Source: Antechinus flavipes (lineage: Eukaryota). From it: DNA of 64,000 bases. The stretch's first letter is position 1. Each line of letters begins with the position of its first letter. The notes under the pieces are model-generated. The model had not been told where the DNA came from and did not search any database. It saw nothing but the letters and a program-made list of their open reading frames with translations. The position numbers and the translations under genes are program-made. Shown one piece after another: positions 52,201 to 64,000 of the stretch. The stretch lies in contig NC_067400.1 in the NCBI RefSeq assembly GCF_016432865.1, forward strand, positions 612,808,001 through 612,872,000, written 5' to 3'.

Positions 52201-52683
52201 TCTGATTATCCTAGAAATCCCAGTCAAGGCCCAGGATGAGTATTTACCAAAGACAGGCATTTAATGTGGATCTCACTGAACTGCTGCTGGGCCATGGCAG
52301 TGCACAAAGACAGCTTTCCCCTCCTAGACTCTGAACACACACCCAAGATTCGAGACCTTTTTCATAACTTTGCTACTTGACACACAACATGAAAATCCCT
52401 AAGTGGGAGACAGGAGGAGGACCTCAAGGAAGCTCTCTGCCTCCCGGCTCTGGGGCGGGCCTTGGTCTGAGAGGGCCACAGACTCACCAGCACTGTTGGC
52501 CTCCGACTCCAGAAGGTGGATGTCGTTACAATCTGCCAAGGAGTGCTCCAGGCAAAGCTGCAGAAACCGGGCCTGGGTTCGGGTGACCCGCTTCAGCAGG
52601 GACAGCAAGGCCACCGTCTGCTCACACTCATTCCAGCCCTTGAACCAGCCGGCAAGGATGCCAACCTGGTCTCGGAACATCAT
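37222..52683 (-). CDS. SAMD4B: Protein Smaug homolog 2 (SAM-domain RNA-binding repressor), 12 coding exons, 688 aa
   Basis: Exons 52683-52488, 45489-45019, 43381-43142, 42509-42400, 42178-42092, 41734-41416, 40768-40683, 40606-40485, 40220-40022, 39902-39779, 37542-37459, 37250-37222, total 2067 nt, all [37 protein letters not shown]..., SAM domain [54 protein letters not shown], ends ...[14 protein letters not shown]. Confidence 0.98.
37257..37298. repeat. (GA)n microsatellite forming the polypyrimidine tract of the last SAMD4B intron
   Basis: gagagagagag... immediately upstream (minus sense) of the acceptor at 37251. Confidence 0.9.
38005..38770 (-). mobile_element. 5'-truncated L1 LINE (ORF2 C-terminus plus 3'UTR, TA-rich tail)
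   Basis: ORF 38458-38706 contains [14 protein letters not shown]...[14 protein letters not shown], the L1 ORF2 C-terminal Cys-rich motif. Tail-like microsatellite at ~38010-38055. Confidence 0.85.
39020..39258 (+). mobile_element. Marsupial MAR1-like SINE (tRNA head, CORE, RTE-like tail)
   Basis: Head ...ttagagcaccagacctgg...atttcaaatctgg..., tail ccatggagtcacaaagagtggaaacaacggaac resembling RTE/BovA 3' ends. Confidence 0.7.
43560..43665 (-). mobile_element. MIR fragment
   Basis: cccttgtcccaaacgaggaaactgaggcacagaaagttgacttgcctaagg. Confidence 0.6.
50068..50325 (+). mobile_element. Near full-length MIR-type SINE
   Basis: tRNA-like head, core cctcagtttcctcctttgtaaagtgggg, tail ...gcacagttctcggcatatagtaggtgctttataaaag. 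Confidence 0.8.
51128..51345 (-). mobile_element. Marsupial MAR1-like SINE
   Basis: gttgttcagtcc...gatactggaagggttggccatttccttctcc...atgacttgcccagggtcacccagcta...tttgaactc. Confidence 0.75.
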
Positions 52684-53799
52684 GGTGCCGTGGCCAGGGC
52701 CTGGGCTTGGCACCGGCAGAGGCCGGGGGTGGGGGAATGGTGGGGCAGGGCAACGCTGTCACATGGTCTCGGCTCCAGAATCTTGTGGTCTCTCCCCAGG
52801 GGATCAGGGTGCTTAGAAAATCCCGGGAGGGGCAGCGGGGGCAGAGGCCTGCTCACATCAGGGAGGTCTCCATGGGCTCCTAGAAGACAGAAAAGAGGGT
52901 ATCAGACCCAGTCCAAGGGCTTAGGAGGCCTCAGTGTCTCAGTGTGCAGAGCCAAGTCAGCAGTCGAGCTTCTGGGAAAAAAGAATGCAGGACGGATGAA
53001 CCCTTAACTCTGTTCCCCAGTCCTCTAGGCCAGAAGAGTTGACTTAACGGGCTGCTCCCAGACGGCTACATGAGAATGCTGACCCACTCATTCACATTCT
53101 GAAGAACTGAGCTCAAAATGCAGTAAGACACACACGATCTGACTGACCCAAGAGCTTTCAGAAAGCCTCGGCTGTCCAGGAGGGCAGAAATGCCAGCGTG
53201 CTCCTCCAGGAAGCAGGCCACCCGAGTTCTGGCCCACAAGTGACTGATTTTGCAACCTTGGGTGTCACTTCCCTAACTGCCTGGATTTTAGCTGCCTCAC
53301 ACCTAACCTCCCTGAAGGAGACAATCTCTTTAGACCCCTTTTGGCTTAAATACTCTTTTCTCTCTAATCCCATGATTAAGAGCCTCTGAAAGGCCACCCA
53401 AAAGGGGTCCTGAATAACATGAGAGATTTATCTCAGGATGAGCTCCTGTCCCAAAGCAAGAGCACAAGCTGAATGATCTCTTCAGAGAGCTTTCACAAGA
53501 AGCAACTTATGCTTTTGTAAAATATTCTTTCTTTCTAGATAGACTCTGAGAGACTGCTGAGTAGAGAGACTTATAACTTATAACTCCAGGGGTGAGTCCA
53601 CTTCCCTGACTCTCAGATTTTAGGCAGGGAAGGCAGAAAGGAAAAACCATTTATTAAGCACCTACTACGTGCCAGGCACTGTACCCAATGCTTTGCAAAC
53701 ATTATTTCATTTGTTTCTCACAAGAACCCTTCACTTCCCAGATTCATTTATTCATTTATTTAGGATTTTTTTTTTTTTGGGGGGGGGAACTATGTGAAA

Positions 53800-53980
53800 G
53801 AGCAGATTCTTTGTTGCAATTGCTATCTAGCTTTAATCACTGAATGGGTGCAGCCTCAGTCAAAGGCTGGTGACCTTGCACAGCCCTCCCTCACTTAAAT
53901 CCAATTCACATGCAGGTCATGGCAGACCCTCCCTGATGTCATGGTCTTCTTGGAGAGGAAAGGAAGGACAAACAACAACC
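53800..53980. mobile_element. Marsupial interspersed repeat fragment (RTE/WALLSI-like)
   Basis: ctgaatgggtg...ggctggtgaccttgcacagccctccctcacttaaatccaattcac...gaaggacaaacaacaac resembles a common marsupial repeat. Family name is uncertain. Confidence 0.5.
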
Positions 53981-54959
53981 CTGCAAGGTAAATACTATTA
54001 GTTTAACCCTTTTACAGCTAAGGAAATAGGACAGAAAGCTTAAGGAAGTTGTCTAGGGTCTCAAATCTGGGAAGCATCTGAGGCTAGCTGTAAACTTAGA
54101 ACTTAACTCCAGATTGGGCACCATGCTAACTAGTTACCTACAAATTCCTGGACTGTCACATATAGGCTCCTCTCCAGTAATAATATTCAGTGGCTACTTG
54201 TTCCAACTAGGAGCTGAAAAAAAGGTCCTATACAACATCCAAGAGGTCACCGAGCCCTCCCTTCTGAAGCACTGTCCACAGGAAAAGTTCCTGGCTCTGC
54301 CCTCTAGGGCCAAGCAGGACAAGGCCATATATAGCCTCTTCCAAACGGGAAGCCACCTGCAGGCAAATATTATGCCTTCTAAGTCTTCCCTACCCTAGAA
54401 TTTTTTCAACTGACCACATGGCCTGAAATCAAGGTCTGGCACTCATCCCCACTTCCTTCTAGAATCTCTCTCATTTTTCAAGACTTGGCCCATATAGAAG
54501 ATATATGAGATCTTTCCTCAACTCTGTCATACCTTCCCTTCCAAATTTATATTAATTTTGTGTTTGTTTTATGCCCTTCTGCTTCCCCTGACTGAATGTT
54601 AAATTTTTGGGGCAGAGACCAATCACTTCATTATTTGTTGCAGCTCAGCACCTAGTATAGTACCAGGCACACTTGATTGATTGGCAAAAGGCCAAAGGGG
54701 CCAGGGTCCTGGGTCCCCTGTTAATGACTGAAGACTGGAATCAGAAAAGCTAACACCAATCTCACTGAGTTTGACGTGTCTGGCCCTTGCTAGAAACCCA
54801 AAGTGGTCACAGCTTACTCAGCAAACTAATGCCTACAGGTGGGAAGGGGGAAATTACCTTGTAGCTCTTTTGCATGGAACAATGTGATCTAACTAGTAAT
54901 ATTCCTTGTATCCCTGAGGGGGTGGGGGCAGGTACAGTTCTTTGCTTATTTAATAGGAT

Positions 54960-55130
54960 TTGGGAAATCAAGAGTTTTAAGTCGTAATGTTGGAAAGACC
55001 TGGGTTCAAATTCCCATGCTTACTGTGTGTGATACCATTATCTATAAAACAAGGACAATAATATCTACTTCATAGCATTGTTATAAGGCTCAGATAAGAT
55101 GAATGCAAAACACTCTGCAAATAAAGCAAC
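54960..55130 (+). mobile_element. MIR fragment
   Basis: gaaagacctgggttcaaattccc...ctgtgtgtga...tctataaaacaaggacaataatatctacttcatagcattgttataagg. Confidence 0.65.
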
Positions 55131-56859
55131 ATACAGATATCAATGGGCATGACGTAAATGTCCACAGAAAGGAAAAGTGAATCTAGAAACTTTGAGACAC
55201 AGTTGAGAAAACTGAAGGTAGAAAAATGGAGAAAGTTCTTAAATAGGGGGAGGAAGATGACCCAACCTGACAGATTTTCACAAACAAGAAACAAATTTGT
55301 TTCTTTGTCTCCATTAACAGAAAACCCAATGAACAAAAGGGACAGGCTTCATGCAGGAATGGAAAAAGGGAAAAGCCTCTCTTCCCAGATCTCTGTTATA
55401 AATATCTATGACCACATAGGCAAAATCTGTTCCTCCCCCTAAGCCTTAGTTTCCCCATCTATAAAATGAGGGGACTGGACAAGATGATTTTTAGGGGTTA
55501 TGCTGCCATCAAATCTGTGGTGTGGCTAGGCCAAGTCCAGCTCTCTTTGCTATCCCCAACAAGGCCAAAAAAAATCTCTCCAACAATAATGGAAAACAAG
55601 AGAAATGGAGGAAGGATTGGCTGAGAAAAGTCTAGAATCCGGCAAGAGGGCATGACCCTCATCTGCAAACAGACTTTGGGGGAAAAAGTAGTTTTAACAT
55701 CAGCAGTATTAAAATTTCATCTAAAGAGGAAATCTGCAGCTCCTTTCAGGAATTGAGGGCTATCCAGTTGTTTGGAACACAACTGAATGATGAGATCCCT
55801 CATCATGAGGGGCTTAGGATGGGGGATTCATTCCCTGCTACACCCTAATGCTCGCTCAGTCCTAGCTACTCTGCGGCCACTGGGAAGGACAGCCTGCTTG
55901 ACGTGGGGACAAAAGCTGCCTTAGCTTCAAACATGGCCAGAAAAGAATCCCTGGATGTCACAAATGAACAGGCATCACAGGGAATCCTTAAGGTAAAAAG
56001 TCCTCTCAAGAGAGTTCATCAAGCTCCCCGCCAATATCTGTGTGTAAACAAGGAGCTTGACACTGAGGAAGTACTTGCTAATCCCAAAAGTGAAGGTCAG
56101 AGGGATCATCCAGGAAATCACCTAGTCAGACCAACAGGTGATCCTGAGATGTTTTTTTCTTCATAACTCCTACAGAGCAGACAAGAGGGCCCTGTTCCAA
56201 AAGAAGAGGCCAAAGAGGATCCGGAGTGCTGCTCATTTTCCTGGCTTCTACTGGCAGTCTCCACGGACGCCAACACCACCTGAACAAACAAGGTGGCACG
56301 GATGCCTCCCCTCACCCTTACTGCCTCTTACACAGAAGAGGTATTAACAGTTCAGTAACTGAAGGCAGGTGCCTATTCTAACAGGAGAAAGCAATCATCA
56401 AGTGAAGAGCAAAGCCAAGGAAACTACTCCAGGTCCTGAGCAGAACTGAAATGTGATTTTTTGTGAGGCATTCCTAAAGGGCACAGACTTGCCATGAGAA
56501 AAGGGAAGATCTTGCTTCTGGGATGGAAATTATCATAAGGGTAAGAAACAAGAGAGGAGCAGAGCTTTCTGGGAAATGACCAGAGCACAGGAATTCCTTG
56601 GAAATCCTTGAAGCAGAGAGCAAATAGCGCTGGTTCTTTTTGGGTCCTACCTGCCATGAGCAAATGGCTCCTAAAGCTCTGTGCTGCATAGTCAGCTCTT
56701 CTCTATCACACACTTGCTCTCTTGGGAAGCTCATTCCTTCTCATGGGGCAGATACCTCCTCTATGCAGATGTGCCCCCAGACTCTCCAACCCTTGTTTTT
56801 AATTCCAGATGCCTGCCAGTGGAACATATCACCTGTACTTCAATCTTAACATGTCAGGC

Positions 56860-57500
56860 AACAAACATTTAGTAGTTATGTCTAACAATATTCTCCTCGT
56901 CTTATCCTCAAACTGGCTTCTCTACCTGACATCTCTATTTCTGTCTCAGTGGGATCCCCATTCTCCCAGCACCCAGACTTGGAATTTCCAATTCATGTTC
57001 AGGCGTATCATACAGGTCCTCACTGACCTGCTAAGTCTCTTCCTGTTTCATCCCAACCGTCAGAGGTATCCTAAAATACAAGTCTGACCATGGCCACCCC
57101 TCACCTCACACACCCCAATCTTTCAAGAACTTCCAGTTAGATCCCCATTATTTTCAGGATCAAATACAAAATCCTCTGCTTGGCGTTCAAAACTCTTCAT
57201 AATCTTGTCCTCCCCTCCTACTCTTCTAGACCTCTTCCAGGGTGCTCCCTTGCCCATACACTTCAATCCAGTGAACTTGGTATCTTGGCTATTCTGTGGA
57301 CAAGACTCTTCATCTCCTCACTGTGATTTTCACTGACCTGGCAATTCTCTCCTTCCTCACCATTGCCTCTTAGCTTTCTTTGAATCGATGCTAAAATCCT
57401 CCCTTGTTCAAGAAGTCTTTCCCGACCCCCTTGATGTCAGTGCCTTCTGAAAACATTGCCATTTTAGCCTGCAAAAGTCTCATTTGTACGTGTCTGTCTG
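56860..57500 (+). mobile_element. Degraded L2 LINE fragment
   Basis: cctaaaatacaagtctgaccatg..., caggatcaaatacaaaatcctctgcttggcgttcaaaactcttcataatct are L2 ORF-end/3' motifs. Boundaries approximate. Confidence 0.6.
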
Positions 57501-57519
57501 CATGCTGTCCAGGAATTTG

Positions 57520-57685
57520 CTAGAGCCAGCTTGACCATGAAAGCCATTTTCAGTGTGAGCATTTACACAATGGAAATCAAGAAACACCGAAAATCAAGGC
57601 TTGTTTGTTTTTCTGATAGTCTAGATTTAAGAAAGAGATAGAGAAAATGTTAATAATACAGTTTAAATTTGAAGTTGTGTACTAC
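57520..57685. mobile_element. Probable marsupial non-autonomous DNA transposon fragment
   Basis: ttttcagtgtgagcatttacacaatggaaatc...tctagatttaagaaagagatagagaaaatgttaataat resembles a recurrent marsupial element. Family not identified. Confidence 0.4.
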
Positions 57686-58429
57686 CCATATCTCCCTCTT
57701 CCTCACCAGTTGTCCCATTAGACTGAAAGCTCCTTGAAGAGCAAGGACTGTTTTTTGCCTTTCTTTATAAACCCAGTCCTAGCAGTGTTAGGTACCTATC
57801 AATGCTTGTTGACGTAAACAGTTCTGTTGTATTCTGCTCTGATTAGAATACATTTGGAATACAGATAGTTCTCAGTTCTCTTCTTACACAAATTTGACTT
57901 TAAGTAAAGAATTTTGAAAGAAATCTGCATTCCAAAAAACCTTAACTTTGCTGTACAGTACTGTGCCCGGGCCCCCAAGCTCGCTCTCTCCCTTCCTACT
58001 CCTGCCCCTTGGCTCAGCACTCCTAGGCCTCCCCCCCAAAACAATCCCCTTCAAGTAAAAGTAGAAAAGACCACCACCGTCACTGTTGCCATAGTGGATC
58101 ACAGACTTGGCCTGAGAGAAAAGACCCCTTTGCCCTGCTCTGCCTACTATCAGCGTGTCTGTTTTCTGTCTGTCAGTCCTCAGGTACCCAGTGTCTTCTC
58201 CTGTCTGTGTCCATGTCTGGGCCCTGCTTCTTGTTCTTCCAGCTCTCTCTTCTCCGTCCCTAGTCCCCAAGTATCCTTGAACAGTCCCCTTCCTTCATGG
58301 GTGCACTGTCCCCTTTTTGCCTCCCTCCCTCCCTTCCCCATGTCTACAAGTAAATTCACATTACACAAAAACTGCTTTATATTTACATGAAGTGAGAACC
58401 ATTTGTTGTTCTGTGTTTAGTTTGGTCAC

Positions 58430-58800
58430 TTTTAAGAAGGAAACTGACAAACTGGAGCATGTGAAGAGAACATAAAACCATGACATACAAAGATGAACTA
58501 AAGGACTTGGGATTTTTAGCTACAGAAAAGAGGACTGAGAAAGGAAAAGCTAGCTCTCTTCAAACTGGAAGCACCTTTTGTATCTTGGTCACTGTCCTGA
58601 ATTAAGAGCAATGAGTCAAGTTGCAAAGAAAGAGAGGTTACTATATAGAAAAAAAAAACCTGATGATTAAAGCTGTCCAGAAATGGAAGGGGCTTCCTCC
58701 ATAAATAGCAAACTCCCCATCTTAGGAAGCTGAATGCTGGCTCATCAAGTATGTCGCAGAGGGGATTTTTGTTAAATACAGATTGGATCGGAGGAACTCT
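58430..58800 (+). mobile_element. L3/CR1 LINE 3' fragment
   Basis: ctgacaaactggagcatgtg...gaactaaaggacttgggattttt...ctgatgattaaagctgtccagaaatggaaggggcttcc. Confidence 0.6.
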
Positions 58801-58819
58801 GGGGTTCCATTCATTCCTG

Positions 58820-59350
58820 ATATGACTTCTCTCTCCCTGGAACCCTTCCCCCCATATCCACTCAACATAACAACTCTTCCTTCCTCACAGCCCCAAGACC
58901 ACATTCTCACCACTTCACACCAAGCCTATTCAGCTGGTCTAAACAGTCCCATTTTCTCTCTCCTTGAAACCACAGTACACTTGGCTGCTGGAGTCATTTT
59001 TCTAAAACACCATTTTCATTATGTGACTCCCCTGTCCCAAATACAAAAATGGCTTCATACTGCCCGAAAGAGAAATTCTTAATTGCTCTCCTAACCCAAC
59101 CCACCTTATCTCCATTGCTCCAGCCAAACTGATGCCCTAACACCCTCACACAGACAGCACCTCACAAACTGCCAGCTCTGCCCTTTGCTCACAGCAGGCT
59201 CCTGCCCAGCTGAAATCCCCTTTCCTTTTAGTTTATCTGAATCATGCTCATTTTAACTCCACTTCTTCCATAAAACCTTCTGTGGTCACAACAATCTCAT
59301 TTTCCTCTGAATGGCTATAGCATACATATGTTCTGTACCACTCATCTCTC
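58820..59350 (+). mobile_element. Degraded L2 LINE fragment
   Basis: ttttctaaaacaccattttcattatgtgactcccctg...ctttgctcacagcagg...cccagctgaaatccc. Confidence 0.55.
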
Positions 59351-61269
59351 CTTCCATAATAAGTTAGCATATACTGTTATTTTTTTCTGGCCACGTGTTA
59401 ACTTACCATGTAATTCAAGTCCCCTGAAGACAGGCACTAAACCATACTTGTCGTCCTAGCTCACACCCATGCCTAAGAGGAATAGCAGTGGTGAAGGAAA
59501 GTCCTCTGTCTCAAGGATCCTCTCCAAATGCCATTTCCACTGTTCACCACTCCCATTCCTGCAATGCTTCCTTGTAAAATGACATCAACACATGTTTCTT
59601 CTGAGCTCAGAATCTGTCCAGTGGCTAGGGTACTCTCGATTCAACTTTTTTATCTTCTGCTCAATGATGTCAAACTCAAAGAGAAATAAAAGGCTGCTCA
59701 GAAAATTACAAATTCACATTCTCTATGTTGCACTGTATTCTTATTTACTTTCATACATGTGTCCCAATAACATGTCAGTCTGGTTTATCTACAATTTTCC
59801 TGGCATTCCTGACCTCTTGTAGTCCCCACCATAAGCTTCTCTGCTCAATAACTGTTTTGTATATTACTCAACCTTTGCAAGAGTCCACTGCACAGAAACC
59901 TGACAGTTAAAAAAAAAAAATCAACACTTCATTCCACCTACAGAGATCTTCCTCTAGTCCTTCCAATACTCTGAACCTAAGTGATTATACTCAATGTCAG
60001 AGAAATCACTGAGGCCAACTTAAGAGTGAAGAGAGAATGGCTGGGCACCAGGAATGATGGCTATGGATGCTGCTCCCACCAGAATGGACTCTTCATTCAG
60101 CTCTTCTTTAAGCCTGGAGAAAAGGCCATGATGGTTCAATCAGTCAAGTTAGCCAACACAGCTAGCAATTACATCATCCCCTCTGATCTCACAGCAGATT
60201 TGTGTTGTGGGTCCTACAGATACTGTTTCCCCAAATCAAGAGCAAAGGAAGCTAGATCGAACAGGTTAAATTGGGAGGCAGGATGCCATAGTGAAAGAGA
60301 GGCCTGCATTTCATCCAAAGACCTGCTCTGCTCCTATTACCTGTATCACTCTGGGCAAGTCATTCCACCTCCTGGCTCTCCTCACCTGAATAAGGTGCCC
60401 TCTGTAGACCTTTCTGGTCCTACTTCTATGCTCCCAAAATGCAAAGTACAACCTCTTTCTTCTAACCAAGCACTAAGAGTTGGTGTGGCTTTTCAACAGC
60501 AAGTATTCTAGGAAGCCCTTTTGCTCACTGAAACTCAAAGTAGTCGGAAGAAGAGTTCAGAAAAGCAAATGAAGTAGAACTATATACTGAACAGCTCCAG
60601 ATTCCCACCTCTATTTAATTCAACCAACAAATTGAGACCAATGGACAGTGATGAAGGTCTTGGCCAAGACAGGATCTTCAGCAAAACTAAATGATACAAT
60701 GACTACTAAGGATAGCCTTTCTCCTATTCATTCCTCTTTCTTGTTTAAAATAATTTGTGTTGGCTATCAAGGATTCATGGAAAGACTTCTCATCTATGGG
60801 CAAGAGAGCTCAAAACACCATACCTTTTATTCCCTCTCATGCTTCACTATTCAACAGAAATGTTCAGAAAGGATTCTTTCAGAGTGAGGAAAAGAAAATG
60901 AGGCACAGAAAGGGTAAAGGGGTAATCTGGAGCATACAAAGAATCTAAAGAAATTAGGTACCTCTGCCCATTGTGGGTCCTGATTAGGAATCACTGGTTG
61001 GAAGGTCATCTACTCCAATTCCTCTGGAATGAGAAATGAACTAAAGACGCTAGTGTTTAAAAAGAGAACTGACAGGATGAGGAAGAAACACTCCAGATGT
61101 TGGGCAGTGAGGAGGGGAAAGGACAGGGGAAGTTAGAAATGAAAAAGACCCTCTTTCCTCCTTCCTACTAGGGTGGGAAAGATTATAATTCTGGAGAAGT
61201 TTAAGATGTCAAGGGAAGTAACCCAGGTTAAAGTGTAGGGAGATTCTGGGGTTTGTTTCTGGAGAGCAC

Positions 61270-61690
61270 ATTTTTAAAAAGATACTATCAAACTGGAGAA
61301 CTAGCCAGGGTGGAGCTAGGGTTTAGAAATCATCTCAGAGGAGGAATGGCTGAAGGAATGAGAGGTGTTTAGGCCCAGGGAGAGAAGATTTAGGGGATAT
61401 CCTCATTGATCCTAGAATCCCTGAACACCTGTCACATAGAAATGGGAGCCAACTCTCGCTTGCTTCTACAGGGCAGTTACGAGCCCAGTGACTGGAGACC
61501 AAAAGGAAGCAGGCTTTTGCTCAACTAAAGTAATCATGAGACATCTCATCAGACTAAGGGCTCCTCATTCTGTGCTATATTCAAGCAGGGGTGCTCCCTC
61601 TCAAACACGTGGAAGAGGAGATCCTTACACTGAGAAGAATGGACTAGGTGATCTCTCAAATCCCTTTCCAATATTAAGGTCCCACAAGAC
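61270..61690 (+). mobile_element. L3/CR1 fragment followed by a MIR-like tail
   Basis: caaactggagaac...ggaatggctgaaggaatgagaggtgtttaggccc..., then ggactaggtgatctctcaaatccctttcca. Confidence 0.5.
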
Positions 61691-62599
61691 AATTTTTCTC
61701 TTCTTGGAGGCCCAGGGGTCTGCCTGACCTGGCCTAGTCTGGCCCAACCCTCAGAGAGGAGACAGAGCTGGAGGGACAGAAAGGATGTCCAAGGGCAGGG
61801 AGCTCCTGGCTTCCATGGGCAGAATGGTGCAGCACAAAGGAAAAAAAACAAACAAGTATTGATAAGACCATGGAAGAGGATAAGTTCTCTTAAAGTGTTG
61901 GAGAAGGCCTGTTGGAGGTAAGGAGAAATATGAGAGAAAAGATTTAAAGGAAGAAGAGGACATATACCGAAAGGAGAACAGAGCTGCGCCAATGAAAAGG
62001 GACTTTAGAAAAAGTTGTGAGAGTTCAAAGGGGTACAGCTTAAGAGTAGAATTCAATAGATTAAGAAACCAAGGTGATGAGGGGAGGCAAAAGTATGGAA
62101 GTTGTGAATAATTTTAAGGGAAGAGTGAAAACTGAAAAGAAAATTAACTTGAGAAATGGTCAGAGGGTAGAAGTGGGGGAAGAAGTCCTGGCAGAGAACT
62201 GAGAATTAATAAGACTAAATTAGAAAGTTCTTAAATCTTTTCTGTCTCATGTCTGGTAAAGTCTGTAGATTGCTTCAGCATGTTTTCAAATGGATAAAAC
62301 AAAATACATAGGATTCTAAAGGAAATCAATTATGTGGAACTATAGTTACCAAAGAGTAGAGGGAAAAAAGTTCACAAACCTTAATTTGAGAATCCCTGGT
62401 CTAGAAGAGAGGTCTCTCTAGGGGACCCAATAAAGGCTGATGAGGTGGGAAAAAGAAATGGCTAGTAGTGTCTGCTGGAGGGTGGAGGATGATAAGGAAA
62501 TGAGGAAAAAACTTTTGCCTTCCCACATCCCTCAATTCTTTTCCTTTCTATCCCTCCTAAATTAGGTTTTCAGAAAGTCCTGCCTAGACTATTTTAATC

Positions 62600-63195
62600 T
62601 TCATTAACCTCCTTGTTTCTTTTCTCTTCTTTCTCCAAACCATCTTTCACTTGGCTGCCAAAATAATCTTAAAACCTAGTTCTGCCGCTTTCCTGATCAA
62701 AAATGCTCCCAGAGGTCCCATATATACACAGGATCAAGAAGACTCCTTAGATTGGCAATGAAATCCCTCCATAATCTGACCCCCACCTAACTTTCCAGCA
62801 TTACTTTCTAATACTCTGATCCATTCATTCTATTCTCCAGTCAAATTGGACTATGAGCATACCCCAAATTCTAGAATCTGCCCTCTCTCAGCTCCTGCAT
62901 CAACCATTCCTCATGCCTAGAATGTCATCCTTCCTCACATCCATTTGTCTGAAGCTCAGTCTTCCATTGACCCTCAGCTCCTCTCTTCTGGAAAGCCTTC
63001 TTTGATTTCACCTTCTTGTAAGCATGTACTCCTACCCTCCATTTTCCTTGGACCGTGCCAATTTGGGCACCTGTTTTATCACTCCATTAGAACAAAAGCT
63101 CCTTGAGGCTAAAAGCTCGTTTTCCCTCTCTTTCTTCAAGGAATGTCCAAGTACTCTGTCCATCATCAGTGTCTAATAAATGTTTGCTGAGTTGA
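62600..63195 (+). mobile_element. L2 LINE 3' end
   Basis: Ends with the L2 terminus tctaataaatgtttgctgagttgaa. Confidence 0.65.
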
Positions 63196-63734
63196 AGAAA
63201 GGACAGGGAGCAAGACCAGGAAAGGAATCCCGACCTTGAGAAGATGGATAGGAGCAGGAAGAAAGGAGGTCAAAAGCTCTGAGGCAGAGAGGTAGTTAAA
63301 GGCTTTGGGAGGGAGAGATGGAAGGCTGTTCTGGATCAAAAGGACCTAAGTAAAGATACAACCTGAGTCTCTTTAGGAAAGAAGGTCTGGGGGCAATGGT
63401 CTCTCAAAGGTTTCAGGGGTGAGGACGCCAAGGGTGAGCTCATTTTTTGGAAGGAGTTTGTCAGGGATGGAGACTTGGGAACTGATGATGGGGCCTGATA
63501 GAGAGCTGGGAAGGGCCCACATAAGGAGGATGGGAAACAGGTATCTGCACTGCTGGGGTGGGAAGGTGGAGGACAAGCACACTGACATCAAGGACTCTAG
63601 GGAGCTCTCTGGAAAGATTGTCAAAAGGGACACACTCGCCCCCAAGGGGCTGTAAAAGGTCCATGGACAATTGGATAGATTCTCTAACCAAGGAAACTAA
63701 CTGGAGAATAGGGAATGGGGGGTCTGCAGAACTC

Positions 63735-64000
63735 TGTGAAGGGGAAAGAGACAGGCTGAAGGGCATTACTAAAAGGGGCTGAGGGGAATCACTAAGGGGA
63801 GTAGGGGACCTGTAAGACCTTCTGAAAGGGGAATGGGGACAGGCTGGGGGGTCACTAAGGGAAGTGAGAGATCTGTAGGACCCTCTGAAGGGGAATGAAG
63901 ACAGGCTGGGGAAGTCACTAAAGGGGAGGGAGGGTCTGTAGGACCTTCTTTAAGGGAAAGAGACAGCCTGAGGGCCATTACTTAGGGGAGTGGGGGTTGT
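63735..64000. repeat. ~62-nt degenerate minisatellite running off the window
   Basis: GACAG(G/C)CTG...CACTAA.GGG.AG...TGTAGGACC.TCT.AAGGG units with ACAG anchors at 63751, 63839, 63901 and 63963. Confidence 0.75.

Noticed and set aside
59981-60511. 176-aa ORF in AT-richer sequence
   Set aside because: GTG start, its 3' half overlaps a MIR-like fragment (~60270-60420), and no domain is recognisable. A BLASTp/tBLASTn hit would overturn this.

Overview
Eukaryotic, intron-rich DNA. It is very probably marsupial, inferred from the tRNA/CORE SINEs with RTE-like tails and the L1 fragment. The gene block matches, from recall, human 19q13.2: RPS16(+), PLEKHG2(-), intron-containing tRNA-Ile(TAT)(+), ZFP36/TTP(-), MED29(-), PAF1(+), SAMD4B/Smaug2(-). 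I walked the coding exons by hand using splice sites and phase. Five genes give intact frames: RPS16 146 aa, ZFP36 359 aa, MED29 212 aa, PAF1 541 aa, SAMD4B 688 aa. PLEKHG2 is one base short of an open frame, probably beside a (GAG)n tract. There is a 143-N gap in the SAMD4B 3'UTR, and the last ~25 kb is SAMD4B introns with old MIR/L2/L3/L1 and marsupial SINE fragments. I found no CRISPR array, prokaryotic system or convincing new protein-coding gene; most ORF-track entries are GC-rich or antisense by-products. The best leads are regulatory: a Smaug-recognition-like hairpin in SAMD4B's own 3'UTR, a start-stop uORF in its leader, a divergent folding-switch triplet in TTP zinc finger 2, and NF-kB/AP-1/STAT/CArG clusters around ZFP36 between a tRNA gene and a CTCF-like site. 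All human comparisons are from memory, not from a search.
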